Assembly (NCBI RefSeq): GCF_009834535.1
Contig: NC_045697.1
Location: forward strand, 8,310,001-8,374,000
Length of the DNA: 64,000 bases
Direction: 5' to 3'
DNA from: Camelus ferus
Taxonomy: Eukaryota
Numbering within the stretch: the stretch's first letter is position 1; every line of letters begins with the position of its first letter. The position numbers and the translations under genes were made by a program. Shown in pieces: positions 1 through 11,290 of this stretch. Under the pieces are notes generated by a model. It made no database searches. It was not told the DNA's origin and was given only the letters and a program-made list of their open reading frames with translations.

Positions 1-667
1 TATTTGAGCCTGGCTCAAGTCAGAAAATATGAAAAGCCCTGTGTGAAACCCTGTCTCTGGTTAGAGACCTCTGGCCAGCAAAGACTGACCCCAGTACTCT
101 TCATAAAGCAAACAAGCTTCTGAAAACCTGGCCACTCTCTCCCGAAGCAACTCAAATTCCAACACTGGGAATTTGCTTATTACTAATACAATTTCCTTCA
201 TGAGAAGATGTGGACACAGAGAATATCCCAACTAGGGCATTTCAGATCCCCAATCCTTCCTATTTTACTTAAGCTGTAGGTGTATTTACACAAAAGTTTG
301 GGCAGCATTAAACCGCAGCTCGTCAGAGAGGTCCTGGAAGCTCAGGACTAACTCATCCTTCCCCACTTGAAAGGCGTCTTTTGGCCCAAGAATTAGCCAA
401 AGGAGTTTCCGGTTCATTTGGAATCCAGGTCTCTAGTACAACATGGCTTTTTGCTTTTTTGGTTTTTTTCCCCTACCTGTTCAACCAACATGCAAGCTAA
501 GACATTAAGTACTTTTCCATGGCTCTTCACAAGTGCAAAATGCTGCTTCTGCTCACATATAAATGAGGCCTTTTACAGTTTATAAAGTATTCTCTCACCT
601 GTTTCCTCATTCACCTTCACAGAACCCCTGATGGAGGTGTCAGCTGTTGTTGGGTAAAATAAAGACA

Positions 668-1270
668 ACTGTATTTAGAGTCAAAAGTACTGAGTACTAG
701 TAACTAGCTGTGTGATCTTATGACAGTTAAGACTTATGTCAACTCTGAGAGACAAAAAAATCTAAAATAATAGAGACTCAGACAGACAGACGTCGTTTAT
801 CTCTCATGCAATCTAGAAGCAGGCAGTCCAAGGCTGGTATGGTTATGCCTTATACTTTATAGCTCCACCACTCTCAAACGTGCGGCTTCCACCTCACGCC
901 TTAAGACAGCTGCTTGGACTGCGTCCATCCTGTCCATGTTCCAATCATTAGAAAGGAAGAGAGGAAGAAGAGGGAGCAGGGGGTTTGGAACAGCTGGCCT
1001 ACATGTTGCCATATCAGCGTTCCACTTATACCCCATTGGTTAGAACTCGGTCATGTGGCCACAACTAACTGCAAGGGAGGCTGGGAAAGGTAGTCTTATT
1101 TCAGGTCACACGACTAGCTAAAAGTCACAAGTTAGATTGACAAAGAATAATAGAAAAGTGGACTTTAAAGGATAACCAACAGGCTCGGCTACAAACTCAA
1201 GCAAGACACATGGAATCCCTGAGTCTGCATCTTAATCTGAGAAATATATAAACCCTACTTCTCAGACTGG
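668..1270 (+). mobile_element. MIR SINE split by an MLT1J insertion
   Basis: MIR core 'actagctgtgtgatctt' just before 721 continues as 'gcaagacacatggaatccctgagtctgc...ctacttctcag' after 1193. Confidence 0.5.
721..1193 (-). mobile_element. MaLR solo LTR, MLT1J-like
   Basis: Contains 'cattggttagaactcggtcatgtggccacaactaactgcaagggaggctgggaaaggtagtctt' and 'aggcagtccaaggctggtatgg', typical of reverse MLT1J. Confidence 0.85.
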
Positions 1271-1668
1271 TCCTTGAGCAGGGCTGAAGCATCTGACTGG
1301 TCAATGACCACCAGCTTTGGGAGAGATAATGCTTGGGTCAGGGACTTTATTTTTGTGACATCTGAGCTTCTAAGGCAAAGTATGGATTAAACAAGAACCC
1401 AGGCAGGAGAGTGGAAGTCTCAATGCCAAGCACCAAGTCAGGAAAAGGAACATTTTTGAATGGATGTAGATGGAAATAACAGTGAGCACCAAAGAGGTGA
1501 AATTAAACCAAAGATAATGTGATGAAGTGGGAAGGAGAAGAGTGGACTTACGTGACTGCCCAGAACTACAGCTAAATTTAGTAACACTGAATACTTGTCT
1601 GCATTGGATATTGTTTATAGGGGTATGTTTCTGGCAGGATCAACCCAGTATAAAGGTCTAGGGTCAGT

Positions 1669-2575
1669 AAATAGACATTTCTCCAAGAAGACATACAGAT
1701 GGCCAACAGGCACATGAAAACATGCTCAACATCGCTAATTATTAGAGAAACGCAAATCAAACCCACAATGAAGTATCACTTCACACCAGTCAGAATGGCC
1801 ATCATCAAAAAGTCTACAAATAATAAATGCTAGAGAGGCTGTGGAGAAAAGGGAACCCTCCTACGCTGCTGGTGGGAATATAAATTGGTACAGCTACTGT
1901 GGAGAACAGTATGGAGGTTCCTTAAAAAAACTAAAAACAGAGTTACTACATGATCCAGCAATCCCACTTCTGAGCATATATCCAGAGAAAATTCTAAGTG
2001 AAGAAGATATATATACCCCAATGTTACAGCAGCACCATTTATAATAGCCAAGACGTGGAAGCAACATAAATGTCAACTGACAGATGATTGGATAAAGAAG
2101 ATTGGATAAAGAAGTAATAAAATATTACTCAGACATAAAAAATGAAGGAAATAATGCCTTTTGCAGCAATATGAATGGACCTAGAGATTATCATACTAAA
2201 TTAAAAACAAATATCATATGCTATCATTTATATATGGAACCTAAAAAATATGATACAAATGAATTTATTTACAAAACAGAAATAGACTCACAGACATAAG
2301 GAACAAACTTACAGTTACCAAAGGGGAAGAGGGGGGTAAATTTGGAATTTGGGATTAACAGATACACACTACTATATATAAAATATATAAACAACAAGGG
2401 ACAGGGAATTATATTCAGTATCTTGTAATAACCTATATTATATTCAGTATCTTGTAATAACCTATAATAAAAAAAGACTCTGAGAAAAGAATAGATATAT
2501 GCGCATAACTGAATCACTTTGATTTATACCTGAAACACCGTAAATCAACTATACTTCAATAAAAATAAAAATTAA
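1669..2575 (+). mobile_element. 5'-truncated LINE-1 (ORF2 C-terminus, 3' UTR, A-tail)
   Basis: Peptide [19 protein letters not shown] resembles the L1 ORF2 C-terminus; 17-bp TSD aaaggtctagggtcagt (1652-1668) / aaaagtctagggtaagt (2576-2592). Confidence 0.95.
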
Positions 2576-3119
2576 AAAAGTCTAGGGTAAGTGCAGACAA
2601 TAAGCATGACATGAGAATCTGCAAAAAACTTGGGAACTACATACTGCCACTCAAATGTAACTGAATACCTAGTAGTATTATGAGTAACTAATACTATCTT
2701 ACTACTTTTTTGTGATTATAGGTGGAGATAGTACCTTAAAAACTCAGTGTCCAAAATAAATGTTTCTGATGATGAAAATTAGAAGCCACCACAGGCCAGT
2801 GACCAAAAAAGCTTACCCCTTTCATTGAGAACAGTCTTCTGCTGCCCTTCAGTTCTAAGCAAGAGAGGCAGCCATGGATCAGAGTGGAGGAGATCTGATT
2901 TCCTGACCTGCCTCCACCATTTATAAGCTTTCTGGCCAGTTAGCCAAACTGGACTCAGTGTGCTTGACTGTAAAATAAAGTGACATGGGTTTATCCAAGA
3001 GATAAAGTTCAATTTAGATCCTAGATCCACATAAATATTAACAGAATAACGTCTACGTGTTGCATGCTTTGCTAGAAGCTGACCAGCTATCATGCACAAC
3101 CCAAATACAAAGTGGTACC

Positions 3120-3325
3120 AGGCTGTGATTAAGAGTGTAAGTATGGAGGCCGACTGCCGAGAATCCTGGCTGTGCCACTTGCTGGGTACATGATTCTGGC
3201 CAAGTCACTTACCCTCTCTGTGCTGCAAATTTCTCATTTGCAGAAGGAGGAGGATGGGAATATATGCCTCACAGGACTGTTGACGCATGCAAAGGGCTGT
3301 ATATATGTGGGCCATTATTATTACT
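3120..3325 (+). mobile_element. MIR SINE
   Basis: Core 'gaatcctggctgtgccacttgctgg...gccaagtcacttaccctctctgtgct...tttctcatttgcagaa'. Confidence 0.8.
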
Positions 3326-3703
3326 AATGTTGTTGTGGTTGTCTCAAAAAGAGCAATTGCCTAGTCTGCCCACATGTAGTTCCTATCTTTGGATTTCCCA
3401 TCCAGATCCTTCAGTAGATGCCATCTGGGGCAAAACTAAATGACAAGCAACAGACAAGGACTTGGGGATCCACCTCCTATTTCCTACTAACAGCCCTGAG
3501 ATTGCTGTTGCTGTTACCAGAGGAAACTGATGCTTCATCCAGGTTGGACTGTCAACAAGTTCTAGTCCTGGGAACTGAATGAGGCCTCTCTGGCTCCAAC
3601 ATTATGTTTTTTTCAGCCTCAACCTATTTTATTTCACATCCTTACCTGATCTTTGCTGATTAATTGTTTATTCCACCTCTCTAGTTAGAAGGAAAATTCT
3701 ATG

Positions 3704-3941
3704 GTCGGGGGGTGTGGATAAATTTGGAGTTTGGGGTTCACAGACACACACTACTGTACATAAAACAAACAACAAGGACCTACTGCATAGCACAGGAAAC
3801 TATATTCAATGTCTTTTAATAGCCTATAATGGAAAAGAACATGAAAAAGGATGGATATATAATATGTATAACTGAATCACTCTGCTGTACATCTGAAACC
3901 AACACATCATTATAAATCAACTATATGTCAATTTAAAAAAA
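3704..3941 (+). mobile_element. LINE-1 3' UTR fragment inserted in an L2 3' end
   Basis: L1 3' UTR motifs 'caacaaggacctactgcatagcacagg' and 'aactgaatcactctgctgtaca'; TSD agaaggaaaattctatg (3687-3703) / agaagggaagtcccatg (3942-3958) differing by 4 transitions. Confidence 0.9.
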
Positions 3942-3994
3942 AGAAGGGAAGTCCCATGAAAATGAACTCTGCCTAGCCCCCCTACTTGATGTCA

Positions 3995-4260
3995 TCTACA
4001 GGGTAAGGCCCAGGATCTTCGGAATAACATTCAGGGCCTCCAAGGTCTCATCCTTACCTACCTCTCCAGTGTCCTCCACGACTCTGTCATCAGTGTGCTC
4101 CCTCTCCCTTCCTGACTCTTCACTGCTCTTCAAAGGAGTCATCCCCTCCTATAACCACGTGTCTCTGACCTTGCCACATATTCTGCTTTCCATGCTCCTC
4201 TCTCCTCTGCTCACGAGATGGGATAACGCGGGCTTTTTCTTTAAGACTCACCTCAGAAGA
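3995..4260 (+). mobile_element. L2 fragment
   Basis: 'cattcagggcctccaaggtctcatccttacctacctctccag' and 'ctttaagactcacctca' resemble the L2 3' region. Confidence 0.6.
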
Positions 4261-4828
4261 GGAATATCATAACTTATAGATGGGAAGGTACAGTAAGTGA
4301 AGGCGTCACTGAAACCCACTCCGATTGGATCTTTATTTATAGCATCTCTGTACTTTCATAGAATGGGGATAGAAGCAGCATTTACTTTCTTTCCTACAAG
4401 GTGTAAGCCTTCCCCCAAATTTTCAACTGAAGTCTTCTTACTCTTCCGACATTTATTGACCTCAGACTCTGTGCCAAATTTATTTAGAGAGAGCTGACCC
4501 TCCGAAGGTGCAGTGTACACTGACCACATCCCTAAATAGGTGCAATTATTCCTGCTCCCCAAATGCAGCCTGGGTATTTATCAGGATAATTTGCATTTGG
4601 AACCAGAGCCATGGATATGATTGAATATAGCAATTTGAAGCATACGGAGCAAATGCAGCCAAGGACCTTTTGTGCATCCTAACTCCTAGTTTGAACTCCA
4701 CTTTTTCCAACTGCTCTTGAAAGCATAAGTTCAGCTGCATAGAATCTCTTGGGGCTGAGCTGAATACGTGTGCACATAACTATTATGTTCTAGTTTATGA
4801 CGCATTCACTCCGAATAACCACACATAC

Positions 4829-4891
4829 CTGACCTCGTGCCCGCTTTGGGAAAATGGGACAACCGGGCTCAGCATACTTGCATTACGTGTC
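4829..4891 (-). other. Candidate 63-nt internal exon of an unidentified minus-strand transcript
   Basis: Minus strand: branch point GACTAAC (branch A at 4926), tract ccttctctcgtctgtttcacttccag, 63-nt exon, donor CAG|gtatgt; 9 CpGs in 4765-4920; one open frame (TRNASMLSPVVPFSQSGHEV). Confidence 0.5.
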
Positions 4892-5112
4892 CTGGAAGTG
4901 AAACAGACGAGAGAAGGCGCTTTTGTTAGTCCTTTGACAAAGAATTACTCTTTGAAGAACTAAAGAACAACAATTTTAAAGACCCCACACTAGAGTAATA
5001 TCTTATCAGAGCTGCGGAAAGGATTTTGTGAAAGAGGGTTTGTATTTAGCTTAAGGAATATTTGTACCAGGTAGACATATAAACGGGCTCTCAGTAAAAT
5101 ATAAGCTTCCTT

Positions 5113-5290
5113 AGTATTGCAGAAAGAGCACAAGGATGAAGTTGGATCTAAGATAAATCCCAGCTCTGTTACATGCTGCGCAACACTGAGCAAGTATCTT
5201 AAACTTCACGAAACCTCAGTTATTTCAGCTGTAAAATGAGAATAGTAGTAATTTTGAATGTCTGGAGGAGCTGAAATCATTAAAAGACAT
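5113..5290 (+). mobile_element. MIR SINE
   Basis: 'aaatcccagctctgttac...gagcaagtatcttaaacttc...cctcagttatttcagctgtaaaatgagaatagta'. Confidence 0.8.
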
Positions 5291-5716
5291 TATCTATGCT
5301 AGTTGCATTGGAAACTAGAGCCTTAGCAACAACTGAAAATATAAATGTAGGGAACTATTAACAGAGAAGAAAGTCTGAATTTTGTCTGGCGGTCAGTCCA
5401 GCTGAAGCTGAGTAGGACCTCAACTCCTGGGTCTAGGTCCCTGCTCTGAAGCCCAGTGACCTGGTCATGATAATCCCAGAGGTGATCAATTTCAGAAAGA
5501 CTAACCAAAATGCACAGAATTTGGAAGTAGATAACAGAATGCTACTGTAATTGGAAATCTGAACTTGGACCCTATCTCAAAACTCATCTGGGAAGTGGCA
5601 CAGCAATTTATCTAAAAATGTGACGAGGCCCTCCTTGGTAGTTACTTCAAAACTGTCAACTGAATTGTGGGTAGGTACTAGAGAAAGCTGAGGTCGCTTC
5701 AAAAGAAAATGGAAAA

Positions 5717-5744
5717 GTGTGAGTGTGTGTGTGTGTGTGTGTGT
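5717..5744. repeat. (GT)n microsatellite
   Basis: About 14 GT units with one GA interruption. Confidence 0.95.
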
Positions 5745-7209
5745 CCAGGCAGGTAGGTAGGTAATTCTGAAAGGGAAGGCGAGAAGGGAGGAGAGGGATG
5801 GCAGAGAGAGAAATGACTAGAATCGGCGAAAGAAAATAAGGATTTCTAAGGCTCCACTTAAAATTACTTGCACTGACCTAAAGAGTCATGATCTCAAAAC
5901 TGCAGGGGAAGTTTCCATCCTACCCTGGCCTTATGTGTAATGTACATTTCCTGTGGTTATGGAGGAAAGAGGTTGAGTTTCCTGGGTCAAAGGAAGATAG
6001 AAGATAAAGGAACAGCCACAAGACACAAAATGAGGAAAGACAGCAAATTAGAGCCAAAGGTGGCCCCCAAAAATGTAGGTGTATCACCTTTCCTCTACCG
6101 TGGCGAATTCCCAGGTACATGAGGAAGAGTATTAAACTTCTCCTTAAGGCACAGGATGGGGGATTGAGACAATCTTAGCTCGAATTTACTGAGTAGATAA
6201 AGATGTAACACTTTTTAATGAGGAAAAAAAATGTGTGCCAAGAATGACATTACTTGAATCTTCGTGAGTGGATGCTTTCTCTGCCCTCACTCTGCTGAGA
6301 AACCTGTCTTAACCAGAAGTCTACTTGGATGAGTGGAAAGTCAAACGATGGGAGTGTAATGATTTTGAGGGAAGTCCTCCAAGATAGCTTCTAGATGTCT
6401 ATAAAACAGGGATGGCTGACAAAGTAAGAACGGCCTACCCGACTCTGTTGGCTGAGATGCCCCCTCCTCCAGGCAGTGCTGGAATAGTTGACCCCATCTT
6501 TATCTGCTTCCTTCTCTTGCTTGCACTATTCTGAATAACGTCAGTTGGCACCTTTCCCTTCTCTTTTTATTAACACTGCTGTGCACAACTCAACCTTGCC
6601 ATGCTGGTGTGGCCCAGACTTTGCTAGAGAACTTAGCTTAAAGCACCCCTTTCAGTCCCTACTGCCGGATTGGAATAACCCCTTGAGTCATTTCGACCCT
6701 GTTATTTTAGGCTGCTTCTTTTAGGGCTGGCTAATTTCCTTCACCATGTGCTGGCTTTGTGGTTTAGCATTTGGAGGGTAATCTTATTTTTTTCTTGTTC
6801 CCAAATCTCGCTGTACCTCTGAGTATGGAAAACTAGCGTAATGAAGCTGGCACCTCGTTGATTTTCAATAAATATTAATCCCTTCTTTTTTCTTTGGAGG
6901 ATTAAAAAAAACATTGCAATCTATTAATGAACAGGAATTTAATAAGTGCTGGAGGAGAGCAGTGAGTAGTAGTAATAACAGAAGCTGCCGTATAAAATAT
7001 ATTGGAAAAGAAAGTTAAAACCTGTTACATGTAGAATACAGATTGCAACTTTGTTCCAATGGTATTGTTGAGACTGAATGAGAAGATTGTTGATTATAAT
7101 TGCAATATATCTGGGGAAATTGTTTTTATTCCAAAGTTGCCTGGAAGTTAACATGGGTTAGTATGAACCCACAGAAATAAAGAATTGTTAAAAGTACTCA
7201 TGCCACTAA

Positions 7210-7357
7210 TATGTTCTTACCGTGTGTTTATCTTTGTATATCTGCCTCCTCTCTTAATCTGTGAAAGCAGGATCTATGTCTAATTAATCCTCTATCCCTA
7301 ATATATACCAGTGCTTACCACCCAACAGTATTCAATAGATCTTTATGGAATGTATGT
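7210..7357 (+). mobile_element. L2 3' end
   Basis: 'ctgtgaaagcaggatctatgtctaattaatc...gtattcaatagatctttatggaatg'. Confidence 0.6.
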
Positions 7358-7887
7358 TGAACATACAACTGAAATTTCCATTTAAGAAATTACCTTGTCA
7401 ATGGAATAACTATATCCACTTTATTCTATTACTATGTAAACATTAGCCCTCTTGCTATATTTCTCTCCAGGGACTAATATTTCTCCTCTTTGAGTTTGGA
7501 TCTTTTTGTAAAGGAGTGAGGCAATAAGGTTTGAATGCTGAGGTGGGGTAGGAAATTTTTCTTTTAGGTTTGATTTTTTTTATTTGTTTGATTTTGAGAA
7601 GACTACTCAGGACTTAAATACTGAAATATCTGCTACTTATCAAAACACTCCTCCAGGGATGGAAAGAACAAAATAAGCAAAGATATTTGGCTGATACAGA
7701 GTTCTAACAGACTCAGGGGATGTCGACTTCAGTTACTGTGCATACAGATGCTGCCCAAACTCCATGTCCATGGAAGGAAAAGAACACGACCTTCCATGAG
7801 TTATGGGATGGCTCTAAGCAGCCAGCAAAGGGAAGAAAATAGGAGAAAAAAAAATATTGGGTTCCTGCATGGGGAAGAATGGAGGGA

Positions 7888-8098
7888 AATAAATGTGTAT
7901 TGTGTGTCCATTTTGAGCCAGGTGTGATGGGCAGAATGGTTTTCTATGGTTTGGTTCAATCCTGTAGGAAAGAAATTGTTCTGATTTCCATTCTGGAGAC
8001 CTAAAAGCTTACGTACTCACAGTTATACAGCTAGTCAGTGTCTGGGATGCTTATGTGGGTCTGTCTGGCTCAAAATTTCTATCTCTTTCTACTAAACC
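7888..8098 (-). mobile_element. MIR SINE
   Basis: Reverse MIR 'cagttatacagctagtcagtg...gggtctgtctggctcaaaa...ctctttctactaaacca'. Confidence 0.65.
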
Positions 8099-8273
8099 AG
8101 TATTTTCTATGTATTTTTGTCATAGAATCACCTGGAGCACCTGATACAAATATACATTTCCAGGCCTCCACCTCGAACTCTTGACTGGGTAAGTTTGAGA
8201 TACGGGTTAAACATGTGAAATTTAAACGATCGCCCCAGGTCGTTTTTATGACTAAGCAAAGTCTGAATTTCCT
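8099..8273. mobile_element. hAT-Charlie MITE, MER5-like
   Basis: 'tagaatcacctggagcacctgatacaaatatacatttccaggcctccacc' and 'ccccaggtcgtttttatg'. Confidence 0.75.
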
Positions 8274-10384
8274 GCTGCACCAAGCCACCTTCCCAGAGGT
8301 ATCCAAAGTGTCAAAATATCCCGGAGTGTCGTAATAGCCCAAGGCAGATAAGGGGCAAAAGACGTTAAATATCTCCCCCACAGTCTTCAACATCTCCTTT
8401 TCCTTCCATTCGTTTATCCATCCACGTTATTTTATGAACAACAAAAATACATTCATGTCATGTCAACTCAGCTTAAAGCACCCCTTTCAACACAGTAGCC
8501 CCACCAAGACTCTCCCAGCCAAAAATGCTGATATTCACCCCGAAGAACAATGGACTTTAAGTTGATCAGTCTCATTCTAGAAACTTTAAGCCAAAAAAGA
8601 GCAAGTCAAATGATTACCCACATTAATGTGATTTGAAGTGAACTGAAAGTTCTCTTTCTTAACTCTCCCTTTCCATTCTCTGGCTTTTTGTGTCTCATCA
8701 ATTTTCCCATCTCTATTTTTCTGAAATTTGTATAGATTCATAACCTATGAACCTATCTCTTGCCACTGAGCTTTGAAGTGCTTGTGAGTCCTCATTTATT
8801 CAAGTGAGCCTTCTAAGACCCTCCCCATAAACAGACTATTCTGGAGGAGTCAACTTTAATCAGTGTTTGTGAAACGTTTCCACTGAAGTTCCCCTAATGA
8901 CAGAGGAAATTTCCTTGTGCCCCTGTGAAAACAAAACTGTAGGACTGTACAGAAAGCATGAGATTCATGTAAAGTTTTCTATTTTATCTTAAAATTTCAT
9001 GTGGACTTGGCTTTCTGACTTAAAGTATATCCATAATTGCTTTAATATAAAAATCCCATTTTCTGCAATATCTGTAAATAAAATTGAACCTCCATATGTT
9101 ATATAAATATATATGTATATATGTATGTTTTTCTTGTCTAAAGGTTTTGCCATCCCTGGGGGCAGATGAAGATACATGGCATCCATCTACCTTCATGCGT
9201 TAACACCACAGCCTAAATAAATTCACTAGATCAGATAATTTTCTAAGACAAATGTGACCCAAGATAGGAATTCTTCAAATAGGAAATGGGAACGCCCCAA
9301 GTAAGAGAAGTTCCAGAGTTTGCACATACCCTGATGCTGAACGTTAAATGAAAGGTACTCAATCTGTTGACCAGTCAGCTGGAGTAGAGGCATCATGTGG
9401 GGTCAGATTCTGCTTCCCAAGTCTCTCTGTCCTTCAACTTCAGACTGAGCAGTTAAGACTAAATTATTTGCTAGATTAGATGTTGCTTCCACAAACACTG
9501 TCACATTTGATCTTCATTATAGAAATAACAAAACAAATTGTTATCCAAAGTGAACAGAGAAAAAGATGAGGAACAGCAAGATTACAAGACTTGCCCAGAA
9601 ACTTGGATCATTCTAGTCCTTCTCCACCCTCCCATATTTCTTCTGTGTGCAGCAGTATCTTAGATATTTCCGTAAGTATGCTATATTTTGTAATTACAGC
9701 TACACTGATTTTATTATTCCAATTTAACAAGATTGTGAGGGCAAAGCTTAAAACTGCTGCTCAATTCTTCAACCCCTGTGAGTGTGGTATTGTTACAAAA
9801 ACGCATGCTGTATTGCAAAAATGCTAATAATAATTTGACTAATAGTATTTGCGCACTTTCCTACATACCAGTTTTCAGAGTATAAATATGGAACTGTGCA
9901 CCCCCTAACTGAAACAGTTCCTTCTGAGTTATCACTGGAAAATCAAGAGTCTATATTTTTAAGTTCCAAAGGGCTGGCCTGAAGTCAATATTTGTAAATA
10001 TTAACTACCATATTTTTTCTTCTGAAGAGTCCGATCTGATAACAAGGAAACCAAATTGGATTGGGATCTGCGTTAAATAAAACTCTCCATTTACGTGAAA
10101 TGTGCCTTTTAGCCAGAATGGATGGGGGTATAAAAAGAGGCACAATCCAGCTCAAAGAGGCCCTGACTCTTTATCATCCATCAGTCAAGGTGAAAAGCTC
10201 ACTGAAACTGCAGTGAGATTGGATTTAACATAAACTTCCTGAGCTGAATTCCATTATTGCTAAAATAACTAGAAGGAAACCATTTAAATATTTTCCAGAA
10301 TGCCAATATTGGGGTTTATTCAGCTTTTGACTAATAGAATTTTGGGAAGCGTTCATCATCCAAGTGTCAAGAATTGCTTAAGTT

Positions 10385-10545
10385 TTATATCTAGAAAGAA
10401 CATTAAAGAGTGTTATTTCAAACTTCCTCCTAATGAAAGACATCCTAATAGAATTGAACCAACTGCTTCTTCAAATGTCCAGTTGTGGTTATCATTACTT
10501 CCCAAGAAGCTTAATTCCATTGTTGGACATAAAATTATGTTGGTA
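10385..10545 (-). mobile_element. L3/CR1 3' end fragment
   Basis: 'tcattacttcccaagaagcttaattccattgttggaca' resembles the reverse L3 3' end (ctcactacctcccgaggcagcccattccattgttggacagc). Confidence 0.6.
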
Positions 10546-10569
10546 GATACAAACCAAAGTAAAGTGAAA

Positions 10570-10905
10570 TACTGCAGCCCCCAGCCAGAGAAAAGAAATG
10601 GTTGATACATTTCTCACATACTTCTTATAATATAGGTTTGATATGGTCTTGGTGAGAGCAGTTAATAGTTCAAACATCTGCTAGAAATCTCATTCAGTCA
10701 AAAGAAAAACAGGCACTAATTTCTTAACTCACCCACTGATCATTTCCATTTTCAGAATATAGAGTCAAAGAAATACTGTGCGGACATTAGTCTTAAGAAG
10801 TAATTACTGGTTATGTGGAAATGATTTAAACTTGAAAAAAGAATTATTACATTATATAAATTTCATATAATTGAGAAAATCAACATGGCACAGAACTGGA
10901 CGTGA
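10570..10905 (+). mobile_element. L3/CR1 ORF2 endonuclease-domain remnant
   Basis: From 10580: PSQRKEMVDTFLTYFL*YRFDMVLVRAVNSSNIC*KSHSVKRKTGTNFLT, colinear with the CR1 APE segment YRPP..EE.D..F...lvvMGDFNyPDICWKS....FL. Confidence 0.7.
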
Positions 10906-10980
10906 GGCAACAATCAAAAAGCCAACAATTTTTTAAATTGTATAATCTCAAGATGTTAATTTACTTATCCTATTACCTTT

Positions 10981-11132
10981 AATTATTTTTTATTTTATTT
11001 TTGTTTTGCTTTGTTTTGTTTTTGGTGGGGAGTGATTAGGTTATTTATGTATTTAATGGAGGTACTGGGGACTGAACCCAGGACCTCGTGCATGCTAGTC
11101 ACACACGCTACCACTGTGCTAAGCCCTCCCTC
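10981..11132 (-). mobile_element. vic-1-type camelid tRNA-Ala-derived SINE
   Basis: Reverse complement has a tRNA-Ala-like head (cagtggtag...tagcatgcacgaggtcctgggttcagtccccagtacctcca), a unique tail and an A-rich end; perfect 18-bp TSD acttatcctattaccttt (10963-10980 / 11133-11150). Confidence 0.9.
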
Positions 11133-11154
11133 ACTTATCCTATTACCTTTTCAC

Positions 11155-11290
11155 TGTTTGATATTTATTGAGCACCTACTGTGTGTCCGGCTCTGTGAAA
11201 TACCAGAGAGGATAATATATTCTCTGACCAAGGGAGTCTGCAATTTAGCTGACAAGACAAATCAAGGCCTCAGGGTGTGACGATAACTCT
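11155..11290 (-). mobile_element. L2 3' end
   Basis: 'atatttattgagcacctactgtgtgtccggctctgtg'. Confidence 0.7.

Noticed and set aside
5480..5700. Possible LINE endonuclease remnant (VIGNLN-like peptide)
   Set aside because: Single weak motif with no colinear support
7769..7798. 9-bp stem catggaagg/ccttccatg
   Set aside because: Too short to be distinguished from chance; not a pre-miRNA
11050..11132. tRNA-Ala gene (also 32840-32918)
   Set aside because: Degenerate, followed by a SINE tail and A-rich end and flanked by TSDs, so it is a SINE head
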